From NCBI GenBank assembly GCA_030609325.1, contig JAUWCL010000001.1, positions 2,208-66,207 on the forward strand: a stretch of 64,000 nucleotides of DNA, in the 5' to 3' direction. Of the stretch, positions 40,671 through 49,956 are shown one piece after another (the first letter of the stretch is position 1; each line of letters begins with the position of its first letter). The DNA is from Candidatus Krumholzibacteriota bacterium. Lineage in GTDB: Bacteria > Krumholzibacteriota > Krumholzibacteriia > Krumholzibacteriales > Krumholzibacteriaceae. Below the pieces are notes generated by a model, which worked only from the letters and a program-made list of their open reading frames with translations, was not told the origin of the DNA and searched no databases. Made by a program: the position numbers and the translations under genes.

Positions 40671-41342
40671 TCAATTCCCCTTGAATCTCAGATCGTTACC
40701 CAGAAGCGGCGAAACCGCCTTCTTGAAATGCATCCTTCCGCGGTTGATCCGCGACCTGACCGTGCCGAGCTTCAGTCCGGTCGTGGCCGCGATCTCCTCG
40801 TAACTCAGCCCGTTGATCTCCCTGAGGACGAATGACGGACGGTACCTGGAAGGTATCTTCTCTATGGCCTGCTGAATCAGCTCCTGGAGTTTTTTTCGGT
40901 CCATCGTATCCTCCGGCGTGGGCGACTCGTCCTTGATGTCGACCCACCTTCCGTTCTCCCCCCCGTTGTCCTCAGTCCACATGCTGATCGTCTTCGGCCT
41001 TCTCTTGATATTCCTTATCCTGTTCCTGACAAGGTTTGTCGCGATCGTGTAGAGCCATGTCGAGAACCTCGCGATCGTCCTGTACTTGTCGGCGTGCATA
41101 TAGGCTCTGACGAAAGCCTCCTGGGCAAATTCCTCCGCCTCGCTCTCGTTCCCCAGCAGCCTGTACAGATATGAGTGCAGACGGTTCTTGTACCTTCCGA
41201 CGAGTATGTCGAACGCCTGGTTCTGGCCCTCCTGGACCAGCAGGATCAACTCCTCATCACTTCTTTCTGCGAACCTCTTCCGGTTTCCCTTGAGCGGCTC
41301 GTGCAGGTTCAAACCCTCGTCTCCCTTATCCTTGTCCTTCAT
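40671..41342 (-). CDS. RNA polymerase sigma-70 factor, ECF subfamily
   Basis: Sigma-70 region 2 (FDILVGRYKNRLHSYLYRLLG) and region 4 helix-turn-helix (LSYEEIAATTGLKLGTVRSRINRGR). Confidence 0.85.
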   Translation of the reverse strand: MKDKDKGDEGLNLHEPLKGNRKRFAERSDEELILLVQEGQNQAFDILVGRYKNRLHSYLYRLLGNESEAEEFAQEAFVRAYMHADKYRTIARFSTWLYTIATNLVRNRIRNIKRRPKTISMWTEDNGGENGRWVDIKDESPTPEDTMDRKKLQELIQQAIEKIPSRYRPSFVLREINGLSYEEIAATTGLKLGTVRSRINRGRMHFKKAVSPLLGNDLRFKGN

Positions 41343-41392
41343 CAGGTTATTACCCCGCTGCGTTCGACTTGTTCCAATTCAGTTCCTTTTTT

Positions 41393-42172
41393 TCACCGGC
41401 CGGCCGACGCGGTACCCCCCGATCTCCCGACCGACTCTACGGTCATCGACAGCCTCTCGCTGCCTCCCATCCTCTCGCAGATAATCCTCTCCGGATAGCC
41501 TCCGAGCCTGCCGGTGGATCCATACCCGTATCTTGCCTCGTAACAGCCTTTTCCGTCGACCGAGCAGATCCTCAGCCGTAACGGGCCGCGGCCGTTCTCG
41601 CCCTCGATCTCGAGCCGACGCCCTCTCCATTCACCCACGAGCGTCCATCTGCCGCCCGAGACCGACAACCGGGCGTTTACCAGATCTTCCCGGTGCGGCA
41701 TCCCGAGGAGCATGAATACGACCACGTCGTCCGGGATTATCTCGAACTCGAAATGTGCCGACAGATGCGCAAGGGTCTCGCCGCTTCCCCTGAATATCCC
41801 TCTTTCGTGGTCCTGGATCGCGATCGAATCGCCGGCGACGTAGATTGTCGCATCCTCCCTGTACGAGCCAAAGAGGCTCGTGTGCACGAAATCAATCTGT
41901 ACCGAACCGTCTGGCGAGCGAAAGATCGCGCATGTTCCCTTGATCCGGTATCTCGGCAGATCCAGTCTCACGCGGGCGATGATCTCGAGATGATCGTCCG
42001 ACAGCGAGGCCTGAGGCGGGAAGAGCGCGGCGAGAGCACCATCGTCTGCGGGCAGGGGCTGACCCGCCGGCGGCGAGTTGGCGCACGAGCCCGCGATCAT
42101 GAGGATGAGAACAATACCGGAAAGCCTACTCAACTTTCTTCTCCGCCCTTGAGGCGGCGCCGCGGGCCTCAC
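41393..42172 (-). CDS. Lipoprotein, possibly LolB-like
   Basis: Lipobox MIAGSCANS. Predominantly beta-rich sequence. Overlaps the start of the upstream TPR gene by 47 nt. Confidence 0.4.
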   Translation of the reverse strand: MRPAAPPQGRRRKLSRLSGIVLILMIAGSCANSPPAGQPLPADDGALAALFPPQASLSDDHLEIIARVRLDLPRYRIKGTCAIFRSPDGSVQIDFVHTSLFGSYREDATIYVAGDSIAIQDHERGIFRGSGETLAHLSAHFEFEIIPDDVVVFMLLGMPHREDLVNARLSVSGGRWTLVGEWRGRRLEIEGENGRGPLRLRICSVDGKGCYEARYGYGSTGRLGGYPERIICERMGGSERLSMTVESVGRSGGTASAGR

Positions 42173-43868
42173 GCACCTTCTCCTCGATCTCGGTGCGATC
42201 CGGGTCCACCTCTGCCGACCGGTTGTACGACTCGAGGGCCGGCTCGGGCTGCCCCAGCTTCATGTACGTATCACCGATATGCTCCCAGATCACGGGGTCG
42301 TCCTCCACGATCTCCGAAGCGCCCAGAAGTATCTCCAGCGCGTCGGAGAACTCTCCCTTCCTGAACTTCACCCAGCCGAGCGAGTCGAGATAGTACCCGT
42401 TCCCCGGATCCTCGTCGAGAGCCTTTGTGATCAGCTCTTCGGCGAGATCGAGGCTGTCGCCCTTGACGGCGAGAAGATATCCGTAGAAGTTGTTGACGCT
42501 CGCATCCTCCGGTTCGTTGTCGTACACGACCCTGATGCGCCGTATCGCATCGTCATACCTGCCTATATCCTCATAGAGCGCGGCCAGTTCGAGCAGGATG
42601 TCCCTGTCTTCCGGAGAGAGCTTCTCCGCGGCGGTGAGAAACTGCTCCGCCCTCTCGCGGTCGTCGATCTTCCTGTACACGGTGCCTATTATGAAATTGT
42701 CGGAATACTGTGTGCGGTCCATCCGCCTGACCGCTTCCCTGAGATACGTCGTGCCCTCCACGCTCGAGAATCTCTTGTCCTCTTCCGGGCTCGACGGTTC
42801 CCCGGCCAGCCCGTTGGCGAGCAGGACGAGACCGATGTAATTGCTGAAGACGTCGGGTTCGATCTCCACGAGCCGCTCGAGATACCCGAATGCCGTCCTG
42901 AAGTTGCCCCTGTCCATCTCGATCTCCGCGACCGCCCGCATTATCTGCGGCTTCTCTCCGAGAGTGGCCAGCAGGCCCCGAAAGACACTCAGGGCCTCTT
43001 CATACCTGCCGAGTCCATAGTAGAAACGCCCGAGTACAAGCCTGCCGTTCTCGCCCAGCCTGCGCTCCTCGTAAAGCGGTTCGAGAAGTTCCATCCCGTC
43101 TTCGAGCCGACCATCCTTGAGGTAGAGCCTCGACAGCTCCGTTACGGCGGTCCGGTTGCCGGGATCGAGCTCGAGCAAGTCTTGGAATGCTTTCAACGCG
43201 CCTTCGACATCTCCATAGTGAAGGAGTATCGAACCAAGCGCGAGGTGCGAGCCGGTGAATCCCGGATTCACCTCTATCGCTTCCCGGAGGGACTCGGCCG
43301 CCCTTTCGACCTCTCCAATGTCGGCGTATATGAGACCCAGTCTGTAATGGACGGAGAGATCGCCCGGGTCAAGATCGCGCGCCCGCTCGAGAGCGGCACG
43401 GGCTGCGTCGACGTCCTTGTTCTCAATATGTATCCTGGCGAGAAACTTGTATACGTCGAACTGCGGCACATCCTCGCTCTCCTTGATGCTCTCGAGAAGC
43501 TCGATCGCCTTGTCCACGTTCCGTTCCTCGTATTCTACCTCGGCGAGGATCAGCCGCGCGCCGGATTCGTATATCCCCTTTTCTATCAGCCTGCCGGCAT
43601 ACCTGCGGGCCTCGTCGAACTTGCCCATCTCCAGGGTCACCCTGGCAAGGGCGAAGTTTATCCTCGCGTTGTCCGGTTCGTACTTATCCGCCTCCGCGTA
43701 GAACGTGTAGGCGAGCACGAGGTCGTCGCTCGATTCCATGAACGATCCGCGCATGTAATAGGCCTGCGCGGTCCTGTCCACACGCTCCTGAGCCGATCCG
43801 CCGGCGGGCCAGAAGCCGACCGCGGCGGCGGCCAGTAGTACTCTTCCGTATCTCAGCAATGTAGTCAT
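42126..43868 (-). CDS. Large secreted TPR-repeat protein
   Basis: Signal peptide, then more than 10 TPR repeats over 580 aa. RBS AGAGGA upstream of the ATG. Confidence 0.6.
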   Translation of the reverse strand: MTTLLRYGRVLLAAAAVGFWPAGGSAQERVDRTAQAYYMRGSFMESSDDLVLAYTFYAEADKYEPDNARINFALARVTLEMGKFDEARRYAGRLIEKGIYESGARLILAEVEYEERNVDKAIELLESIKESEDVPQFDVYKFLARIHIENKDVDAARAALERARDLDPGDLSVHYRLGLIYADIGEVERAAESLREAIEVNPGFTGSHLALGSILLHYGDVEGALKAFQDLLELDPGNRTAVTELSRLYLKDGRLEDGMELLEPLYEERRLGENGRLVLGRFYYGLGRYEEALSVFRGLLATLGEKPQIMRAVAEIEMDRGNFRTAFGYLERLVEIEPDVFSNYIGLVLLANGLAGEPSSPEEDKRFSSVEGTTYLREAVRRMDRTQYSDNFIIGTVYRKIDDRERAEQFLTAAEKLSPEDRDILLELAALYEDIGRYDDAIRRIRVVYDNEPEDASVNNFYGYLLAVKGDSLDLAEELITKALDEDPGNGYYLDSLGWVKFRKGEFSDALEILLGASEIVEDDPVIWEHIGDTYMKLGQPEPALESYNRSAEVDPDRTEIEEKVREARGAASRAEKKVE

Positions 43869-43964
43869 CCTCTATATTATACCTGACACGGGCCCCGCGG
43901 GCAAAAACAAACGGCCTCCCTAAACGGCCTCCCGCACTGGGAAATGCTCACCTCCGTAGTTTCG

Positions 43965-43993
43965 TTGACATGCGCGCGGCCATCTTCTATACT
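43965..43993 (+). promoter_or_regulatory. Sigma-70-type promoter for the outer-membrane protein gene
   Basis: TTGACA (43965-43970), a 17-nt spacer, TATACT (43988-43993), then AAAGGA about 10 nt before the ATG at 44046. Confidence 0.5.
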
Positions 43994-44045
43994 TTTGATG
44001 CTGTTCGCGGCAACGATATGACAGCCCCTGAAAGGATGACCGGTC

Positions 44046-45377
44046 ATGATGCATACCAGGAAAATGTTGACCGCAGCGTCACTGTTTCTGCTTCTTCTCG
44101 CCCTCCCGGCTGCCTCTGGGGCCCAGACCATGGGAGTGCTCATGCTCGAAAGACTCTCCACCCTGGACACATGGGGAACGGGAGGCAGGCCTTACGCAAT
44201 GGGCGGCGCCTATACCTCGATTAGTGATGACGCGCTCGGACTGATCTACAACCCGGCCGGTATTGCGCGTTCGAGGGGCAGGGAGATCTCGTTCGGCATG
44301 CACCAGCTCTGGCAGGACATCGACGAGAACTACGACGGGAACCTGACTGGCACGCAGGGTTCATACACTGCCTTCGGCCATATCGCGGCCATCTTCCCCT
44401 ACGAGACCTACACCACCGACCTGAAGTTCGGGTTCGGCGTCTTCAGGGTCGGCTCATCGAACCTCGAGTACGTCAAGGATGCATCGAGGCCCGACCTCGG
44501 CGGCGCCGTGAGAAACGTCTTCCTCCAGACCGGAAACATATATCACTACAAGTTCGCCGTCGCGGGGAATATCTCGAAAAGCATCGCGGTAGGCGGGACC
44601 TTCGTCATCTGGGACGAATCGCCGAACTTCACCGAGGAGATCTCGTATTCCGGGCCGGGAGATTCCAGTTACGTGTTCATCGACAACGTCACTGCCGATC
44701 TCGACGGCGTCAGCTTCGAATTCGGCGTCATCGCCAGATTTAGCACATTATTCCATGCCGGGCTCGTGTTCTCTACGCCCGCCTGGATCACTTATCAGGG
44801 ATCGGGTTCCGAATATTACGACGGCACCTATCAGGACGGTTCGGGATGGACGACCGAGCCCTATCCGTTCCACGGCGAGGAGAAGTTCACCCTCCCGATG
44901 AATTTCCGTTTCGGAACGTCGCTGCAGGCCGAGAACCTCATCGTAGCGCTCGACGTCTCGTACGCCGATTACCGGCAGACCGAGTACGACGGAACGAGAA
45001 TATATTACGAGAACGATCCCACGATAGACATCCTCCGGCAGATCTGGTCGTACAGGGCCGGGGCGGAGCTGACGATCCCATGGACCGCCCTCTCGCTCAG
45101 GGCCGGATACATGTACCTGCCGCTGCCGTTCAAGGGAATGGACGAGCTCATATATATAGAGGAAGAGGGCAACGAATTCTGGCTCACCACCGAGTGGGAG
45201 TTCGCAACGGCACAGGAAGAGAGGCATTACTACACGGCAGGTATCGGATATGTGTTCGACGATATCCTCGCATTCGACATCGCCGTGTCGAGGGGCAGTT
45301 TCGAGAGGTCGACCTTCTGGCTGACCGAGAAGAAGGTCTGCACCGAGTTCATCGCGTCGGCGGCATACAGGTTCTGA
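44046..45377 (+). CDS. Outer membrane beta-barrel protein, FadL/OMPP1/TodX-like
   Basis: Signal peptide; NPAG motif (LIYNPAGIA); alternating amphipathic beta-strands; C-terminal aromatic residue (F). Confidence 0.5.
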   Translation: MMHTRKMLTAASLFLLLLALPAASGAQTMGVLMLERLSTLDTWGTGGRPYAMGGAYTSISDDALGLIYNPAGIARSRGREISFGMHQLWQDIDENYDGNLTGTQGSYTAFGHIAAIFPYETYTTDLKFGFGVFRVGSSNLEYVKDASRPDLGGAVRNVFLQTGNIYHYKFAVAGNISKSIAVGGTFVIWDESPNFTEEISYSGPGDSSYVFIDNVTADLDGVSFEFGVIARFSTLFHAGLVFSTPAWITYQGSGSEYYDGTYQDGSGWTTEPYPFHGEEKFTLPMNFRFGTSLQAENLIVALDVSYADYRQTEYDGTRIYYENDPTIDILRQIWSYRAGAELTIPWTALSLRAGYMYLPLPFKGMDELIYIEEEGNEFWLTTEWEFATAQEERHYYTAGIGYVFDDILAFDIAVSRGSFERSTFWLTEKKVCTEFIASAAYRF

Positions 45378-45412
45378 TCTGAAAAATAATTCGCTATTGC
45401 AGACAGGCTTCG

Positions 45413-46318
45413 CTAATGAAGGGACGGTTCCGGCCGTCCCTTTTTTTTTGCGCCCGAGTCGTGAAGGATCCCGCAGAGTTCCTCGAGCAGGAGGACGAAC
45501 CTCGGGCCTGGGATTGCCGCGTACCTTTCCGTGAGGATATACAGCCTTCCATCACCTACGGCCTCGAGCATATCGAAAGATTCCCAGTCGGAAGCTATCG
45601 CATCGGCGGACAGCCCCCTCTCCTCCGCCCCGGGAACGATCTCTATGATGATGTCGGGCTGCATGTGCACGAGGCTCTCCGGAGAGAGCATCGGATACGC
45701 CGGAGAAGCCGCGGCCAGAACGTTCCTGCCGCCCGCCGCATGGAGAAGCTCGTCGTACCAGGTGCCTTTCCCCGCCGCATACACCTCCACGGGAACGGCG
45801 CCGTACTGCCGGTCCACTACGATGAGCACCCCCGGCCTCTCGCCGTCTCCGCCTGCAGGGCATGCCGGATCGCTGGCCGATTCGAGCGAATCGGCCAGCT
45901 GCGCGGCTCTCTCCTCCACCCCGCACCTGTCGCCTATCACCCTTATCGTCTCTATGATCTCGGAGATCGTCTCGTTGGGAACGGTGAGGTGCTCGATGCC
46001 CAGCTCGTCGAGAAATGAACGCAGCTTCTCGTGCGCGGGCAGCATGATCACGAGGTCAGGCTCGAGGGAGACGATCGCCTCGAGGTTGGAATCGAAGTAG
46101 CCGCCGACTTCGGGTTTCTCCCGGGCTTCCGGCGGCCAGGTACAGAACCGCGTGACGCCGGCTACCTCATCGCCGAGTCCCAGCGCGTATAGTGTCTCGG
46201 TGATGTTGGGTGCGAGTGAGATGATCCTGCGGTACTCCGACGCAGGAAGATGCAGCGGTACGAGAAGAATCTCTGCGGAGATGATCGTGAGAATGAATGC
46301 AGCCGCCCCTGTTCTCAT
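45413..46318 (-). CDS. Periplasmic ABC-transporter substrate-binding protein, BtuF/FhuD-like (iron-siderophore / cobalamin class)
   Basis: Signal peptide and the RIISLAPNITETLYALGL motif typical of class III helical-backbone binding proteins. No permease or ATPase gene adjacent. Confidence 0.65.
   Translation of the reverse strand: MRTGAAAFILTIISAEILLVPLHLPASEYRRIISLAPNITETLYALGLGDEVAGVTRFCTWPPEAREKPEVGGYFDSNLEAIVSLEPDLVIMLPAHEKLRSFLDELGIEHLTVPNETISEIIETIRVIGDRCGVEERAAQLADSLESASDPACPAGGDGERPGVLIVVDRQYGAVPVEVYAAGKGTWYDELLHAAGGRNVLAAASPAYPMLSPESLVHMQPDIIIEIVPGAEERGLSADAIASDWESFDMLEAVGDGRLYILTERYAAIPGPRFVLLLEELCGILHDSGAKKKGRPEPSLH
45421..45449 (+). terminator. Rho-independent terminator for the outer-membrane protein gene
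   Basis: GGGACGGttCCGGCCGTCCC hairpin followed by T9. The same bases encode KKKGRPEPS at the C-terminus of the convergent substrate-binding protein gene. Confidence 0.7.
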
Positions 46319-46806
46319 CAGTCTATCTTGCGGCTGATTCCCCTGAGGATGGAGAGGTACGCGTCATCGAGCTTCGAAAGCATATCCTCGGAGAGCCCCC
46401 CTCCCGTCTCCAGGACCTGCGTGTAATGCTGTTCGATGTATCTGCAGAGAAAGACATTCTGCCTCTCTATCTGATCGTCGATCAGCTTGACGGCCTCGTC
46501 ACGGCTCGCGCGGAAGGCCTCGTCCTCTTCCCTGCGGGATGTGTTGTGGAAGTACTCGTTGAGGAGCTGCAGCCAGTACGTATCGTGCCTGCCGCCGTTG
46601 TCGAAGACACAGCCCGGTTCGTCTATGAGGAAACAGTAACCGTACACGAAATATGAGCAGTTGAGCATTCCCTGCAGAAAGAGGCGCCTGTGGCAATCGA
46701 TCGTCATCTCATCAAGATTGCAGGGGAGCCGGCACTCCTCGCAGAAGACCTCGGTGTCCCCGCCAAAGGTGAACGGAAGACTGGTCGCCTTGGATTTATC
46801 TCCCAT
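46318..46806 (-). CDS. Cys-rich hypothetical protein (8 Cys in the first ~90 aa)
   Basis: CEECRLPC...C...C...C spacing suggests metal binding. Its stop overlaps the start of the substrate-binding protein gene. Confidence 0.4.
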   Translation of the reverse strand: MGDKSKATSLPFTFGGDTEVFCEECRLPCNLDEMTIDCHRRLFLQGMLNCSYFVYGYCFLIDEPGCVFDNGGRHDTYWLQLLNEYFHNTSRREEDEAFRASRDEAVKLIDDQIERQNVFLCRYIEQHYTQVLETGGGLSEDMLSKLDDAYLSILRGISRKID

Positions 46807-46819
46807 CTGTCCCTCTTTC

Positions 46820-47575
46820 CTAGTGGATGCGCCTGAGCTTCCTGAGAGCTTCCTTGGCGGCCATCTGCTCGGCGTCCTTCTTGTTTTTTCCCCTGCCCCT
46901 TCCCGTGACGCCGTTCCCGGCCCTTACCTCGATGACGAATATCTTGTCATGTTCAGGGCCTGTTGTCGACCTTATCCTGTATCTGGGATATGTCTTGAAC
47001 CTGTTCTGGGTCCATTCCTGCAGGTGGCTCTTGTAGTTGACATGGTCTGTATGGTCGAGGATCACATCAACGTCGTCGAGGACGACCTTCTCCACCATCG
47101 TCCTGGCGCTCTCGAGACCGCCGTCGAGATAGATGCCTCCTATTATCGCCTCGAGGACAGCCGTCTGGATCGAATCCTGCCCGTGTACCCCTCCCCTGAA
47201 GGCGTTGTCGCTCAATATGACGTGATCTTTCAGATCGATCGCCTCGGCCTTCTTCGACAGCACGGCCTGGCTTACGAGCAGGGATTTCTTCTGGGTGAGC
47301 TGGCCTTCGTTTTCCTCGGGAAAGTTCCTGACGAGGAAATCGGTCGTGACCAGCGCAAGTACGGAATCGCCGAGGAATTCGAGCCTTTCGTAGGTTATCC
47401 CCTCTTCGCCCGGCTTCAGCTCGCCGAGCACGGAACGGTGGGTAAGCGCCTCTATGACGAGGTTTCTGTTCCGGAATCTGTAGCCGATCTTCTCTTCGAG
47501 CAGGGGGATGTGCTCAGGGCCACCGGATTCGACCGGCCTGAAGAATCTTCTGAATGTATCGAGGAATCTGGCCAT
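46820..47575 (-). CDS. rnc: Ribonuclease III
   Basis: RNase III signature ERLEFLGDSVL, plus a C-terminal dsRBD. Confidence 0.9.
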   Translation of the reverse strand: MARFLDTFRRFFRPVESGGPEHIPLLEEKIGYRFRNRNLVIEALTHRSVLGELKPGEEGITYERLEFLGDSVLALVTTDFLVRNFPEENEGQLTQKKSLLVSQAVLSKKAEAIDLKDHVILSDNAFRGGVHGQDSIQTAVLEAIIGGIYLDGGLESARTMVEKVVLDDVDVILDHTDHVNYKSHLQEWTQNRFKTYPRYRIRSTTGPEHDKIFVIEVRAGNGVTGRGRGKNKKDAEQMAAKEALRKLRRIH

Positions 47576-47591
47576 TTGTCCCGATTACTCT

Positions 47592-48833
47592 TTACTGCTC
47601 GAATCTCTTCAGTACAAGGCTTACGTTGTGCCCGCCGAAACCGAAGGAATTGCTCAGCACGTATTCGAGCTCCTTGCCGATCGCTTTCTTCGGCACGTGA
47701 TTGAGCCGGCACTCCGGATCGATGTTGTCCAGGTTCGCCGTCGGCGGTATCGTCTGCTCGAGCATGGCCTTGACGCACATGATGAACTCGAAGCCGGCGG
47801 CAGCGCCGAGCATGTGTCCCGAGCACGATTTGGTGGAGCTGACGTGGGAATTATTCATCCCGCCGAATACGGTTCTGACAGCCTCCGCTTCCGCTTTGTC
47901 ATTGTACTGCGTCGACGTTCCGTGGGCGTTGATGTATCCGACCGCATCCGGCTCGATACCCGCGTCGCGAAGGGCCATTCTCATCGACTCGATCGCGCCG
48001 GATCCGCCCGGGGCGGGTGATGTGATGTGATGTGCGTCGCCCGTCAGCCCGACTCCGGCCAGTTCAGCAAATATCTCCGCCCCGCGCGCCCTGGCGTGCT
48101 CGAGGTCTTCGAGAAGAACGAGCCCGGCCCCTTCGGCCATTACAAAACCGTCCCTGTCGATGTCGAACGGGCGGCTCGCCCCCTTCGGATCGTCGTTGCG
48201 CGTGGAAAGGGCCTTCATTGAGCAGAATCCTCCGAGAGCCATCGGCGAGATCGTCCCCTCGGTACCCCCGGTCAGGACCGCTTTCGCATAGCCCTGCTTT
48301 ATCATCATGAACGACGTCGCTATCCCGTGCCCCGCCGAGGCGCATGCCGATACGGTGGCGAAATTGGGGCCCTTCAGCCCGTATCTGATCGATACGAGCC
48401 CCGAGGACATATTGACTATCATCATTGGGATGAAGAAGGGACTGATCTTAGATGGCCCCTTGTTGACGTAGTTGGAGTGCTGCTTTTCGAAGGTCCGGAT
48501 GCCCCCGATTCCCGATGCGATGATGGTTCCGATGTTATTACCGTCGTAACCGGTCCCCTCGAGCGATCTCATCGCCTCGGCCGATGCGGCCATGGCGAGT
48601 TGCGAGGAACGGTCCATTCGCTTCGATTCCTTGCGGTCGATGTACTCGAGCGGATCAAAATCCCCGACCTCGCCTACGACCCGTGATGTATATTCGCTGG
48701 CATCGAACGCTGTGATCGTATCATACCCCGGTATGCCCGCCGAAACATTCTTCCAGTTCTCTTCGACGGTCTTGCCACAGCAACTGAGCACGCCCATACC
48801 TGTAACGACCACTCTTCTGCCGTCAGTGGACAC
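47592..48833 (-). CDS. fabF: 3-oxoacyl-ACP synthase II
   Basis: 413 aa KAS II with the catalytic Cys in ATVSACASAG and the His-His triad. Confidence 0.95.
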   Translation of the reverse strand: MSTDGRRVVVTGMGVLSCCGKTVEENWKNVSAGIPGYDTITAFDASEYTSRVVGEVGDFDPLEYIDRKESKRMDRSSQLAMAASAEAMRSLEGTGYDGNNIGTIIASGIGGIRTFEKQHSNYVNKGPSKISPFFIPMMIVNMSSGLVSIRYGLKGPNFATVSACASAGHGIATSFMMIKQGYAKAVLTGGTEGTISPMALGGFCSMKALSTRNDDPKGASRPFDIDRDGFVMAEGAGLVLLEDLEHARARGAEIFAELAGVGLTGDAHHITSPAPGGSGAIESMRMALRDAGIEPDAVGYINAHGTSTQYNDKAEAEAVRTVFGGMNNSHVSSTKSCSGHMLGAAAGFEFIMCVKAMLEQTIPPTANLDNIDPECRLNHVPKKAIGKELEYVLSNSFGFGGHNVSLVLKRFEQ

Positions 48834-48887
48834 TTTATCCCCCTGATCTCAGGATAGTTTCTATTCTGTCCGGTCAGCCGGCGCCGG

Positions 48888-49127
48888 CTACTCGGCCACG
48901 TGCGCCTTGATGTAATCTATGGCTTCGCCGACCTTGGTGATCTTCTCCGCCTCTTCGTCGGGGATTTCGACCCCGAACTCCTCCTCGAGAGCCATCACGA
49001 GTTCGACGGTATCGAGAGAGTCGGCCCCGAGATCGTCTATGAAAGACGCCTCCAGCGTAATCTGGTCCTGGTTTACGGAAAGCTGGTCCTCTACAACCTT
49101 CTTTACTCTTTCCTCTACTGTACTCAT
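48888..49127 (-). CDS. acpP: Acyl carrier protein
   Basis: [21 protein letters not shown] phosphopantetheine attachment site. The true start is [10 protein letters not shown]. Confidence 0.9.
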   Translation of the reverse strand: MSTVEERVKKVVEDQLSVNQDQITLEASFIDDLGADSLDTVELVMALEEEFGVEIPDEEAEKITKVGEAIDYIKAHVAE

Positions 49128-49159
49128 ATTCCCGATTACCTCCTTGTTTTGTTTCCCCG

Positions 49160-49909
49160 TCAACGTGCCATGACCATACCGCCGTCACAGTTTATTACCT
49201 GACCCGTGACGTACGCACCCAGCTCCGATACGAGAAACAGCACGACATTCGCGACGTCGCTTCCCGTGCCGAACCGGCCGAGCGGTATCATGTGGCGCAT
49301 CTTTTCCTGAACATTCTCCGGGAGGACCGCCGTCATCGGCGTGTCTATGAATCCCGGCGCGATGGAGTTAGCGGTCACTCCCCTGGGAGCAAGCTCCTTC
49401 GCCACCGATTTCGTGAATCCTATGATGCCGGCCTTGCTCGCAGCATAGTTGCTCTGTCCCGCGTTACCCATCTGGCCGATTACCGAGGCTATGTTCACGA
49501 CGCGTCCGAAACGCTTCTTGAACATGTGCTTCGTGACGACCTTCGTCATGTTGAATGTGCCGGTCAGGTTGATCCTGATCACGGCGTCCCACTCGTCCTC
49601 CCCCATGCGGAGAAGAAGATTGTCGCGTGTGATCCCGGCGTTGTTTACCAGTATGTGGATCTGGTCTCGCCAGCCGAGGACTTCCTTGACACGTTCCCGG
49701 ACCTCGGCGTAGTCGGCGACATTGCACCTGACGGCGATGGAGCCCCGTCCAGACTCCTCGATTAGCCCGGCGGTCTCCTTCGCCCCCTCGATGTCGATGT
49801 CGAGAACGGCCACGTCGGCGCCATGCCCGGCGAGCGCCAGGGCGATATCCCTGCCGATACCTCGTCCCGCTCCGGTGACTACTGCCGTATTTCCATTCAG
49901 TCCGGTCAT
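49160..49909 (-). CDS. fabG: 3-oxoacyl-ACP reductase
   Basis: SDR motifs [12 protein letters not shown], and YAASKAG. The true start is [14 protein letters not shown]. Confidence 0.9.
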   Translation of the reverse strand: MTGLNGNTAVVTGAGRGIGRDIALALAGHGADVAVLDIDIEGAKETAGLIEESGRGSIAVRCNVADYAEVRERVKEVLGWRDQIHILVNNAGITRDNLLLRMGEDEWDAVIRINLTGTFNMTKVVTKHMFKKRFGRVVNIASVIGQMGNAGQSNYAASKAGIIGFTKSVAKELAPRGVTANSIAPGFIDTPMTAVLPENVQEKMRHMIPLGRFGTGSDVANVVLFLVSELGAYVTGQVINCDGGMVMAR

Positions 49910-49956
49910 TTGAAAAACCTGTATATCAGATACGCTCCCGTGCGTAAAGAAAATCT

